From assembly GCF_056746865.1 (NCBI RefSeq), contig NZ_JBWKMP010000003.1: DNA of 64,000 nt, one strand, 5' to 3'. The stretch comes from a plasmid. Below are positions 44,315-52,920 of the stretch, one piece after another. Positions within the stretch are counted from its first letter, which is position 1; each line of letters begins with the position of its first letter. The translations under genes and the position numbers were made by a program. The notes beneath the pieces are model-generated. The model saw only the letters and a program-made list of their open reading frames with translations. It was not told the origin of the DNA and searched no databases.

Positions 44315-44528
44315 TTATACCCCTTGCATAGTGCCAGAGGACACGCCTGTGCTGTTAAACAAGTATCCGGCATACACTGAACAGTTATTCAGCACTATCG
44401 ATGAATGCAACCAACGAAACGCACTGAATAACCAAAGGAATAGGGAGATTTGGGAAGGGAAGGGGGTTAAGGCTCCTGAAGCCAGATGTCCTGGCTGTCA
44501 GCTTCTTCGAAACCGTGACAGACGTTAA
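44148..44528 (+). CDS. o-spanin (Rz1-like lipoprotein) in +1 frame, overlapping the 3' part of the i-spanin gene
   Basis: Lipobox LMTLSGC. Starts inside the Rz-like gene and extends past its stop (overlapped architecture). The start could be at the internal M at 44184. Confidence 0.45.
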   Translation: MKSIVLKLRYAMPGLMMCVCLMTLSGCSGNGQKKSISVPMQITVEATSKPQGNLIDYTPCIVPEDTPVLLNKYPAYTEQLFSTIDECNQRNALNNQRNREIWEGKGVKAPEARCPGCQLLRNRDRR

Positions 44529-44949
44529 AGTCACTCAAGCGATACTGGCGCTGACGGCCTCTATTTCGCTCATGCCAATGCATATATCCACCAGCAAATG
44601 CCAGCGGACAATCGCTATAGTCGATGTAGCCAATACCATTACCCAAACGCGCTTCGCGCGCCCCGGCTTTCCAGGACAGCAGAAAAGAGTCACGATCTGC
44701 CAGCATGACTACAAAATCATCCAGATCGCCTATGCAGTGAAGAATGCCTGCCTTGCATAACTGTTTGAGTGCCTTGGACTGACTCAGGATGTCTTCACCG
44801 TAATACTGAAAACAATCATCAACAATAGCGGGATAGCCAGCGGGTGGATTCAGGCTGGTTGGTATAGCTGACGCGATAGCCAGCATTAAACGATATTGTG
44901 TTTTCGATGGGTTCGCGTGACTCATGTTTCCTCTACTCACTGTCTCCAT
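44467..44949 (-). CDS. hypothetical protein
   Basis: 160-aa ORF. Confidence 0.4.
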   Translation of the reverse strand: METVSRGNMSHANPSKTQYRLMLAIASAIPTSLNPPAGYPAIVDDCFQYYGEDILSQSKALKQLCKAGILHCIGDLDDFVVMLADRDSFLLSWKAGAREARLGNGIGYIDYSDCPLAFAGGYMHWHERNRGRQRQYRLSDFNVCHGFEEADSQDIWLQEP

Positions 44950-45329
44950 GCATTTTTCAGCTCCGGAATATCAGCCATTTCAACCAGCTTCCGAAGCCCC
45001 GCGCTGACCTTCCCATTACCAACCGCAGCAAGCCAATCCCTTACTGACTTCGGCATATAAAGAGTGGTCGTTACAGGATCTTCCACTCTTACAGGCGTGC
45101 CAATTTGAGGCCACTTAACAGATGCCAAAACGTCAGAAGGCGGGGTAAGCGCGGGAACATTAAGAATAGCCTTTCCTGAATGGAGAATCACGATTCGTTC
45201 AGCCAGGGAAAGAATGTCTCTTTCAGTAAGGATTGATGACAGTTGAGCTTCTACAAGGCATCTGCTGCTTGTATTCAGAGAATGGCTTTTAGCACCATTT
45301 TTGTATGAAACGAAGATCTTGTACGCCAT
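44937..45329 (-). CDS. hypothetical protein
   Basis: 130-aa ORF. Confidence 0.4.
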   Translation of the reverse strand: MAYKIFVSYKNGAKSHSLNTSSRCLVEAQLSSILTERDILSLAERIVILHSGKAILNVPALTPPSDVLASVKWPQIGTPVRVEDPVTTTLYMPKSVRDWLAAVGNGKVSAGLRKLVEMADIPELKNAWRQ

Positions 45330-45330
45330 T

Positions 45331-45410
45331 TGTTCTAATGTTTTATGTTAGAAAATTAAGATTAAACCATACTAACACAAGATTGTTAACGAAAATTATT
45401 TTTCTAATGC
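45331..45410. promoter_or_regulatory. cluster of four operator-like half-sites (TGTTCTAATG, TGTTAGAAAATTAA, CTAACAC, ATTTTTCTAATGC) in a divergent promoter region
   Basis: Same core motif as the other dispersed sites. Lies upstream of the head-protein candidate. Confidence 0.4.
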
Positions 45411-45488
45411 TATTGACTAAATAACAAAGTGAGTATTGTCACCTCGTCAAAAGAATCTTCACGCCGCGCCCGAATTTAGGGTTTAACC

Positions 45489-47186
45489 GTGAACAAGAAC
45501 ATTGAGCCAGCTCGTAAGCGCGAGCGCGAGATTATGAATCGGGCGGCAAGCGTCATGGCTATGACCGTCGATCCAACCACTGATGCTGCCGGTAACATGA
45601 TTACCGACAACGAAGTGATGATGGCTAACCTGGAAAAAGCTATCCAGAAAGAGCCAATGTTTGAAGGCGTTGGACCAGAAGCAGCTCGCCAGATCATTGG
45701 TAGCTGGGCCATGTCTATTCATGAATACAAACGCCAGCATGGGCATTATCCGGCAAGCGATGTATTAGCCAACGCCCATGTAGCACTTGAGCGCCTGATG
45801 ATGGAGTCCGCTAAAGAGACGCATGAAGGCGCTGGCAAAGCCATGTTTGAATCAGTAGCCAAGGACATGCGCACCTCCGATGGTGTAATGAAGGTTGCAC
45901 AATATGCCGCACTGATCCTGCCTGCTTCTCTCGGCGCAGCCACCAGCGACGCATGTACGTTTATCCCTTGTGATCGTGATGAAACCAATATTTACGAGCT
46001 GACCAACGTTGCTGGTACAAAATTCGGTACATTCGAGCAGGGCGATGAACTGAACATGCAGTCTGCTGGCGTGTATTCGCAGATGAAACGCCTGTACATC
46101 CTGACCGAAAAAGGCGATGGCAGCAAAACCACCTTCCAGTTTGATATCCAGAACTTCGAAGGCCAGGCCTGCCCGCTGCGCCAGGGCTACAACAAACTGC
46201 TGATTAACCGCAAACCGTCCAAAGTAGATGATGGTGACGGCAACCTGTATTTCAACGACAAAGACGTCAACGGCAACTCTTTCTCTGCTACAGCAAAAGT
46301 TAAATACGATACCGGCGTTATCGATATCACCTTTAATGAAGCACCAGCAGAAGGCACAGAAATCGCTGTTCAGGTTGAAATCAACATTGAACGCAATCCG
46401 AGCCTGATACCAGTCATTAACCAGTCCATGCGCAATTACGCCCTGCGCCCGTCGCAGTACGTGATCGCATCCGAACATACGGTTATGACAGCATCTGACC
46501 TGAGCCGTGAACACGGACTCGAACTGGCAGCATTGCAATTCTCCGCAATGCGCAACTGGATTTCCCACGAAATCGATATGATGCGCCTGCGCACTCTGGT
46601 ATTCCACACAGTTTACGGTCGTGAATTTGATGTGGCACTGCCAGAAGCGCAGAACTACGAATCGTGGGTTGGTTTAATTCGCCATGTAGTGAACGCGCTG
46701 TCACAGGACATGGCTGACCGCACCCTGACTACCGGTATCCGTGGTGGCTTTGCTGGTGGCGATGCTGCTAACTTCCTGCGTTCCTTACCGCCGCAGCACT
46801 TCCAGTTGGCACCGGGCTATGTACAGTCGCCGTACATTCAATACATCGGCACCCTGTTTGGTTCCATTCGTATCTACGAAGTGCCGAAGCCTATCTGCAA
46901 ACAATTCCAGGAACATGGCTACGACTTTGGCCTGGACGACATCTACTTCTATGGTCGTGGCGAAGGCATTGGTAAAGCTGGCCTGGTCGCTGGTGATGCT
47001 GTGCCTGCTATTCCGTATGTCCACGAAACAAATCCAGCCCTGGTAAACCGCACCACTCTTTGGGGTACAGCAATCAACGATGTGCATCCGCGCAACGGTG
47101 AGAACTATTTCACTCGCCTTCGCCTGACACGTTCGAAAGAAGGTGCGATTGACATGTTGAGCGGGCAAATCAACGAAAAAAAGTAG
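45489..47186 (+). CDS. putative major head (capsid) protein
   Basis: 565 aa (about the size of P1 gp23). Followed by an Ig-like decoration-type ORF. A dnaX-type -1 slippery heptamer sits at its stop. No fold-level proof is possible from sequence alone. Confidence 0.4.
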   Translation: MNKNIEPARKREREIMNRAASVMAMTVDPTTDAAGNMITDNEVMMANLEKAIQKEPMFEGVGPEAARQIIGSWAMSIHEYKRQHGHYPASDVLANAHVALERLMMESAKETHEGAGKAMFESVAKDMRTSDGVMKVAQYAALILPASLGAATSDACTFIPCDRDETNIYELTNVAGTKFGTFEQGDELNMQSAGVYSQMKRLYILTEKGDGSKTTFQFDIQNFEGQACPLRQGYNKLLINRKPSKVDDGDGNLYFNDKDVNGNSFSATAKVKYDTGVIDITFNEAPAEGTEIAVQVEINIERNPSLIPVINQSMRNYALRPSQYVIASEHTVMTASDLSREHGLELAALQFSAMRNWISHEIDMMRLRTLVFHTVYGREFDVALPEAQNYESWVGLIRHVVNALSQDMADRTLTTGIRGGFAGGDAANFLRSLPPQHFQLAPGYVQSPYIQYIGTLFGSIRIYEVPKPICKQFQEHGYDFGLDDIYFYGRGEGIGKAGLVAGDAVPAIPYVHETNPALVNRTTLWGTAINDVHPRNGENYFTRLRLTRSKEGAIDMLSGQINEKK

Positions 47187-47290
47187 CAGTGGCGAACGTG
47201 TCAGTTTCACCAACGGCAATTGAAGTAAACGAAGGTGAAACTATCGCCGCAAGCACTTCAAAGACACGAAAAACACCCAAAAAGAAGTAA
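47177..47290 (+). other. candidate -1 programmed frameshift: slippery heptamer A_AAA_AAG (47177..47183) at the stop codon, opening a 35-codon -1 frame extension
   Basis: GAA AAA AAG TAG in frame. The -1 frame reads VAVANVSVSPTAIEVNEGETIAASTSKTRKTPKKK* (stop at 47288..47290). The extension matches the N-terminal strand of a Big_2 Ig-like domain. Confidence 0.35.
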
Positions 47291-47327
47291 GACAAGCCCC
47301 TGAATAGGGGGCTATATGGAGGAAAAA

Positions 47328-47606
47328 ATGGCTGATATTCAGGTAACTATTACCCCACCAAATGCGACAGATAAAACTTTCACTGTCGAATCCGATCATC
47401 CGGAAATTGTGAGTGTTGATGGAACCACATGCACCGCAGTATCTGCTGGTACTGCGGTACTAACCATCAAAACTACAGATGGAAATAAAACCGCAACATG
47501 CACTGTAACGGTTAATGAAGCCGCAGTAAGTGTCAACTCTGTCAGCGTTGATCCGTCAACCAAAGAAGTGACGGTAGGTGACAGCTTCACGGTCGGCGAA
47601 GCCTGA
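47328..47606 (+). CDS. Ig-like (Big_2) domain protein, probable head decoration / Hoc-like
   Basis: 92 aa from MADIQ (GGAGG RBS, 5 nt spacer). IQVTITPPNATDKTFTVESDHPEIVSVDGTTCTAVSAGTAVLTIKTTDGNKTATCTVTV matches the Big_2 consensus lacking its first strand. The C-terminus VSVNSVSVDPSTKEVTVGDSFTV is another first-strand copy. Confidence 0.55.
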   Translation: MADIQVTITPPNATDKTFTVESDHPEIVSVDGTTCTAVSAGTAVLTIKTTDGNKTATCTVTVNEAAVSVNSVSVDPSTKEVTVGDSFTVGEA

Positions 47607-47608
47607 TA

Positions 47609-47637
47609 AAAGCCTCCCCATGCAAATGGGGAGGCTT
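47609..47637 (+). terminator. hairpin AAGCCTCCCCATGCAAATGGGGAGGCTT
   Basis: 11-bp stem immediately after the stop; the U-tract is weak. Confidence 0.45.
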
Positions 47638-47671
47638 CTCTCATCCGCTCGATAAAGAGGAAAAGAGCAGC

Positions 47672-49327
47672 ATGAATAAAATTGGTTTTTCTGTTGGTCA
47701 GGCGGCGGGCGTTGCGGTAGCGGACGTAAATGCCGATGCTATTCTGTCCAACACATCTGGCGGTGCTTCCGTCTTTGCCGGGCTGGTGATTTCCCGCAGA
47801 GGAGCACCAGGCAAGGTTTTGCAGGTTACAGCAGCCAACTATCAGAGCGTGTTAGGTTCACCTCTTCACCCGCGCACCGGGGCCGCATTTGAACCATATC
47901 GCCACGTTGAACGCGCAGTAAAAGGCGGCACCGGTTATGTGGTTCGCGTATGCGCAAAAGACATGAAAGTACCGGGCATTGCCGTTTCTGTTCAGGCCAG
48001 GTCGAAAAGCACCAAGTCAGCAAAAACTCTGCAAATTGCTCCGACCGAAGCAACGGTAAATATCGGCGATACACTGACCGTTCGTGCCGTTTCTGGAGCC
48101 ACTTCTCCGGTAACTTTCGCTGCAAGCGAAACACCTGAAATTTCCGGCAGTGAACTGGCTATTTTCTACATAAAGGACGGTGATGCTTCGACAAACCGCA
48201 CGTTATCACTGACCCGTGAGGACGAAGAAAATGACCTGTTCACTCTGGAACTGAAAGAGACACAGACCGATGGTTCTGTAGAAACTTTGGAAAGCTACCA
48301 GGTTTCTTTCGATCCGGATGCAACGAACGATATGGGCCAGCCAGCATGGATTCCTGCGTTGTTAGAAAGTCAGTCCTCCAGGCTTGGAGCTGTACTGGCT
48401 GATGGTGCCGAAGACTCCGCTCACTTGCTGACTTTCGAAGATGTAGCGTTTGAAGGCGGTACAGATGGCGATCTGTCCTCAATTGACGCTGATGATTATC
48501 TGAAAGCGTTAGAGGTTCTCGAAGCGTCAGAAGTTAATTATACCGCACTGCTTTCTATGGGCTGCTACGACGCATCCGTGCTGGCAAAAATTAATTCGCT
48601 GGCAGAAGACGTTCGCGTGGATATGTTCTACGACCTGAAATGTGCTCAGACTGGTGATAACGCTATCGCGGAAGCTAAATCACATGGTTTCGGCAAATCC
48701 CACCAGGCTGCACGTTATCACTTCCCGTACTCATGCCGTGACACTTTCAGCGGTATGAATGTGGTTTACGGAATCAGTTGTGATGCGTTCGTGGCAAAAG
48801 CGAAAGGCGTTGCGCTTGTGTCTGATGTAGGCGGCTGGCATTACGCCCCGGCTGGTCTGTCTCGCGCAATCATTGATCGCCAGAACATCACCAGACTCTC
48901 CGGAATTGGCACAATCGATCGTGAAGCGTATGTGACCGCTCGTATTAACCCTGTAAGCGTTGCAGCGGATGGTTCTGTCTACATCGACGACTCCCTGACG
49001 ACATACAGCAAAAATAACTATCTGCGATTCCAGCACGTTTCATCACTGATGAATGCAATTGCCCGCAATTTCTATGAAGTTGCTCAGGCAATCAAGCATG
49101 AACCTGATGGCGTTACGCAGGAAAGTCTGACTAACGCACTGACAGATCTTCTGGACCGTTTTTATGCGGCTGGTGCGCTGGTTACACCACGCGATGAATC
49201 TCAAGGTTCTGACCCTTATGTGGTCAAGGTAACTCAAAAAGACATCGACTTGTGGGAAGTGGAATGGTCCGTGTGCCCAACAGGCACTGCCCGTCGAATC
49301 CTCGGCAAACCAATCCTGATGCGTTGA
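47672..49327 (+). CDS. putative tail sheath protein
   Basis: 551 aa, a large protein between the head genes and the tube-like gene. Assignment rests on size and order only. Confidence 0.35.
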   Translation: MNKIGFSVGQAAGVAVADVNADAILSNTSGGASVFAGLVISRRGAPGKVLQVTAANYQSVLGSPLHPRTGAAFEPYRHVERAVKGGTGYVVRVCAKDMKVPGIAVSVQARSKSTKSAKTLQIAPTEATVNIGDTLTVRAVSGATSPVTFAASETPEISGSELAIFYIKDGDASTNRTLSLTREDEENDLFTLELKETQTDGSVETLESYQVSFDPDATNDMGQPAWIPALLESQSSRLGAVLADGAEDSAHLLTFEDVAFEGGTDGDLSSIDADDYLKALEVLEASEVNYTALLSMGCYDASVLAKINSLAEDVRVDMFYDLKCAQTGDNAIAEAKSHGFGKSHQAARYHFPYSCRDTFSGMNVVYGISCDAFVAKAKGVALVSDVGGWHYAPAGLSRAIIDRQNITRLSGIGTIDREAYVTARINPVSVAADGSVYIDDSLTTYSKNNYLRFQHVSSLMNAIARNFYEVAQAIKHEPDGVTQESLTNALTDLLDRFYAAGALVTPRDESQGSDPYVVKVTQKDIDLWEVEWSVCPTGTARRILGKPILMR

Positions 49328-49370
49328 TTTATCTTCCCCGCTGAAACGCGGGGATGAATGAGGTTTCCTA

Positions 49371-50117
49371 ATGAAAAACTATTCTGTTGTTGATCCATTC
49401 ATGCGCGCGCTATTTGCAGGCAAAACAGCCGATAACGCAGATACAGCCATACTGGAAAGCGCCAAAGATTCTGGTTGTTTTGAAAGTGGCGATAACGCCA
49501 TCCTGGAAAGTGCCAAGAATGGAACCGATGGCGCGGATATCGAAGCCGCAATGATGGAAGCGGTGGAATCCCGTGCACAAAGTGACATCCGCAGTCTGGC
49601 AGCTTCAATGCTGGCGAGCTGGGTAGAAGATGGCGACCCTGAAGCGGATTCATTTGATGCGCTGGCAATCACAATGGCTGGCCTGGCCGACATTGACGAA
49701 GACACAGAACTGACCGACGAACAGGTTGACGCATATAACGACGCACTCGCGGCGTTGGCTAACGCGGCTGTGGCCCTGGGCGCTGATCAGGACGACGTCA
49801 CCGAGATGATCGATGACGAAGATGACGCGGCAGCAGAACGCGTATTTGACGCACTGTCAGAAAGCGATAGCGAAATGATGGAAGAAGCCATTGCGATTTA
49901 CACCGTTGCTGGTGGCAATGCCGCAATGCTCGAAGCTGTCAGCAAAAAAGTCGTTCGTGATGGCAAGGTTACTATCATCCGCAAACGCCCGCGCCCGCGT
50001 CGCATGACGTCCTTACAAAAGCAGGCGCTGAAAAAAGCTCGCCTTAAGGCGCATACGTCGATAGCTAACACTCGCCGCCGCAAGTCTATCCGCATTCGCA
50101 AAAAACGCGGTCTGTAA
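49371..50117 (+). CDS. highly acidic protein with an extremely basic C-terminal tail
   Basis: 248 aa, roughly 25 percent D/E, ending RKRPRPRRMTSLQKQALKKARLKAHTSIANTRRRKSIRIRKKRGL. Internal direct repeat TAILESAKDSG / NAILESAKNGT. Confidence 0.5.
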   Translation: MKNYSVVDPFMRALFAGKTADNADTAILESAKDSGCFESGDNAILESAKNGTDGADIEAAMMEAVESRAQSDIRSLAASMLASWVEDGDPEADSFDALAITMAGLADIDEDTELTDEQVDAYNDALAALANAAVALGADQDDVTEMIDDEDDAAAERVFDALSESDSEMMEEAIAIYTVAGGNAAMLEAVSKKVVRDGKVTIIRKRPRPRRMTSLQKQALKKARLKAHTSIANTRRRKSIRIRKKRGL

Positions 50118-50135
50118 TGATGTAAGCCACCTGTA

Positions 50136-50753
50136 ATGGTGGCCTGTTTGGGAGAAATAGCAGTGATTTGCGGCGCTAACGTTGCGGACGGAATCAGTCC
50201 GCTAATGAAAGCATACATCATATCAAGCGAGGATATGGTCATCGGATATATCGGCGAAGGTTCCTCTGCCGAATTAACGTCTCTGTGGCAGTCGCCATTT
50301 GAAGATAAAGCGATGGGCAGCATGTTAGGCGCTATTAGCGAGGCGGCATCATCTCTTGCAGGCATCGTGCAGACATCATCAGGGTACACGAGTAAAAGCC
50401 GGTTCAACTCCACCCTCGTGTGGGAAGGGCAACAACCGCCGGAATTTACCCTTGTACTGGATTTTTTAGCGATGTCCAACGCCAAAACGGAAGTGAATGA
50501 CGCCATCACGACGTTGCTGAAAATGGCATCGCCAGAACTAAACGACATTACGCCTTTTGGTCGAGTCCCGGAGGCCGTAACGATAAATATCGGCAGGAAC
50601 GTGATGTTAACGAACGTTGTGATCAAAAGCGTCAGCTATCAGCTTGACGCCCCGCGCACATCGGAAGGCTATTTCACCCACAACACGGTCACTCTGCAAT
50701 GCAGTGGTAACACATCTATTAACCGCAGCAATATCTCATCTGTTTTTGTTTAG
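50136..50753 (+). CDS. hypothetical tail-associated protein
   Basis: 205-aa ORF. Confidence 0.4.
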   Translation: MVACLGEIAVICGANVADGISPLMKAYIISSEDMVIGYIGEGSSAELTSLWQSPFEDKAMGSMLGAISEAASSLAGIVQTSSGYTSKSRFNSTLVWEGQQPPEFTLVLDFLAMSNAKTEVNDAITTLLKMASPELNDITPFGRVPEAVTINIGRNVMLTNVVIKSVSYQLDAPRTSEGYFTHNTVTLQCSGNTSINRSNISSVFV

Positions 50754-50761
50754 GAGTAATT

Positions 50762-51253
50762 ATGGCCGGTTTTTCAAACACAAAAGCCGATCTCGCCTTC
50801 CTGAAAGCCAGATTCAACAAGAACCTGGCAGCAGGCGAAAAATTAATTGGCACTGAATATTGGATGACCATTAAGGGATACGAAAATCTGTCAGTGCTGA
50901 TCCGCACCGCGCAGTTACCGGAAATGACGCGTGAAGACGTAGAAGATTACGCTCCAGGCGGTATGAAGTTCAACCAACACGGCCCGCTGCGTAACTCAGG
51001 TGAATTTCAGGTTACCTGTGCGGAGACGATTGAAGGTGTTGTACTCGCTGCCGTCAAAGAGATGGTTTATCAGAAGAAATATCTGGATATCTCTTTCCAG
51101 GCTGCCGCTGAATCTAACAGCGGTGACAGCAAAGGTCTGTCACGTACTTACTCACACTGCAAAGTGTATTCCGATGCCGTTGATTTCTCATCAGAAGATG
51201 TAACGGCGGTTGTCAGACCGACCCTGCGTATTGTGTACAACTGGGTTGAGTAA
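50762..51253 (+). CDS. putative tail tube protein
   Basis: 163 aa, size typical of tube proteins. The C-terminus ...LRIVYNWVE is reminiscent of T4 gp19-type tube proteins. Confidence 0.35.
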   Translation: MAGFSNTKADLAFLKARFNKNLAAGEKLIGTEYWMTIKGYENLSVLIRTAQLPEMTREDVEDYAPGGMKFNQHGPLRNSGEFQVTCAETIEGVVLAAVKEMVYQKKYLDISFQAAAESNSGDSKGLSRTYSHCKVYSDAVDFSSEDVTAVVRPTLRIVYNWVE

Positions 51254-51304
51254 TACCGATCCCGCTCAAAAGAGCGGGATTATCCCCCTCCGTCCGGAGT
51301 ATTT

Positions 51305-51856
51305 ATGACACCTTCTGAACTATTAGAAAGCGTTAAAGCGCGATTCAATCCTCTTCTTGTACGGGAAGAGGAAACACTGAAAGCATTCCTGCTCAAAGCG
51401 TTGACTACTTACCAGGACAGGGCAGGCGTAGTTAAGGCGTTAAAGCTGGAGAAATCAGACGGCACGGCGATCCCTGTTCCGGATGATTATCTGTCTCTGG
51501 TCCACGTCACTGACCACAACGGGCTTCTGGTTTACGCCGACGAGATTGCCGGTTTTGTCGAACTTGAGCTTACCGGTTCTGAACGCTGGCCTTTCAAGAT
51601 GCAATACCTTGTAAATCTCCGCGATCGCAACCTGGATGAGTGGCAAGTGCCACCTGCGATTATCGGAATGCTTGAGGAATATCTTGAAGCACTTATCAAT
51701 GTCCGCAACGTTGCCCGCCAGCGAAGGGCGTCAATTGATGGCAAGTTTGATTACTCCGATCTTCCTGATGAGGCGACGCTCTACGCGCGTGTTCAGGAGA
51801 TAGAAGAAAAAATGGCAGCCAACCGGGCCATTATCCCTGGTGCTACCATTTTTTAA
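51305..51856 (+). CDS. hypothetical tail-module protein
   Basis: 183-aa ORF overlapping the next gene by 17 nt. Confidence 0.4.
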   Translation: MTPSELLESVKARFNPLLVREEETLKAFLLKALTTYQDRAGVVKALKLEKSDGTAIPVPDDYLSLVHVTDHNGLLVYADEIAGFVELELTGSERWPFKMQYLVNLRDRNLDEWQVPPAIIGMLEEYLEALINVRNVARQRRASIDGKFDYSDLPDEATLYARVQEIEEKMAANRAIIPGATIF

Positions 51857-52577
51857 CACGGAGGGCTACGTGAGTATTTTTAGTGCTACAACGCAAACGC
51901 TAGCCAGTGCGGTATCGTTTAGCGCGAAATCGTTCACCAGCAACCTTATCAGCGACATTCTGGATAGAGCGGTGTCTGGCAGTGGCGTTAGTGGGAGCTA
52001 CGGCAATGACATCGCTTACGGAAAGAACGTAGTTGCTACGGCTATGCGTATCCGCTATGCCCAGGGCTGGCAGTGGACGGTAGACGTAGACGGATTAAGC
52101 GGCTTTGATATGTTCGTTAAGGACATCACTTACAGTAGCGGGAATATTGAAACAGAAAGCAAAATCATTGGTAGCGTCGAGTTCAATAAGCCAACGCACG
52201 TAACCGCCGGGCCGGTAACAATGACGGTCAGAGACACAGAAGACGGCAAAATAATGAATTGGTTCAAAGAGCGCCGCGCTCGTGTAACCAATAGCGATGG
52301 TACGCTAAACCTGCCGCCAGATTATCTCATGAATATCAGGCTATACCGCGTTACACAGGAAGGCGGGAAAGAGCTGGAAGAGGAAATGCGTGTATTTCCG
52401 ACTCAGATAGGAGAGATCAGCCGCTCACGTGATCAGGTGTCCGAATTCTTGTCCTATCCGATCACGTTCCAGCGATACACATCTGCCGGTTCCGGCCTGT
52501 CCGCATTAGTCAATGGAGCTGCTGGTTTAGCAACAAGCGCACTTAAAAGCGCCGCCAGCAACGTGATCAAGTTTTGA
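51840..52577 (+). CDS. hypothetical tail-module protein
   Basis: 245-aa ORF. Confidence 0.4.
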   Translation: MLPFFNTEGYVSIFSATTQTLASAVSFSAKSFTSNLISDILDRAVSGSGVSGSYGNDIAYGKNVVATAMRIRYAQGWQWTVDVDGLSGFDMFVKDITYSSGNIETESKIIGSVEFNKPTHVTAGPVTMTVRDTEDGKIMNWFKERRARVTNSDGTLNLPPDYLMNIRLYRVTQEGGKELEEEMRVFPTQIGEISRSRDQVSEFLSYPITFQRYTSAGSGLSALVNGAAGLATSALKSAASNVIKF

Positions 52578-52599
52578 AATGCAATATTAAAGTGCGAGA

Positions 52600-52920
52600 A
52601 GGTGGGGAAGGGGCAAACTTGAGGGCAATATCTACACCTGCTGTTTACGTCAATGATGGCATTTTTTACACATCACAACAAAATCAACGCGTTACAACCA
52701 TAAAACATTCAACAGTAGTGCGATAAAAATAGCTATAGCATACGATGCCATCTGAGGGTGATTTTTACACATTCCTTATTAATCAATAAATTACAAATAA
52801 TGTTAGCCGTTAAAGATCCAACCAACTAACTAATGATGTAAGAATTGCCCTCAATCTCCCATCTTTAAGGGCAAATCCTACACCTACAGAGAGGTGTAGA
52901 AATTGCCCTTAAGACTGCTG
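52600..52920. repeat. incA-like iteron cluster downstream of repA, with copies in both orientations
   Basis: TTGAGGGCAATATCTACACCTG (52609), GAATTGCCCTCAAT (reverse, 52846), TTAAGGGCAAATCCTACACCTAC (52871), GAGGTGTAGAAATTGCCCTTAAG (reverse, 52896). Confidence 0.6.

Noticed and set aside
47240-47340. T4 gene-60-style translational bypass joining the capsid extension to the Ig-domain ORF
   Set aside because: No matching take-off and landing codon pair with an adjacent stop and no obvious take-off hairpin. A simple -1 frameshift extension plus a separate ORF explains the sequence without it.
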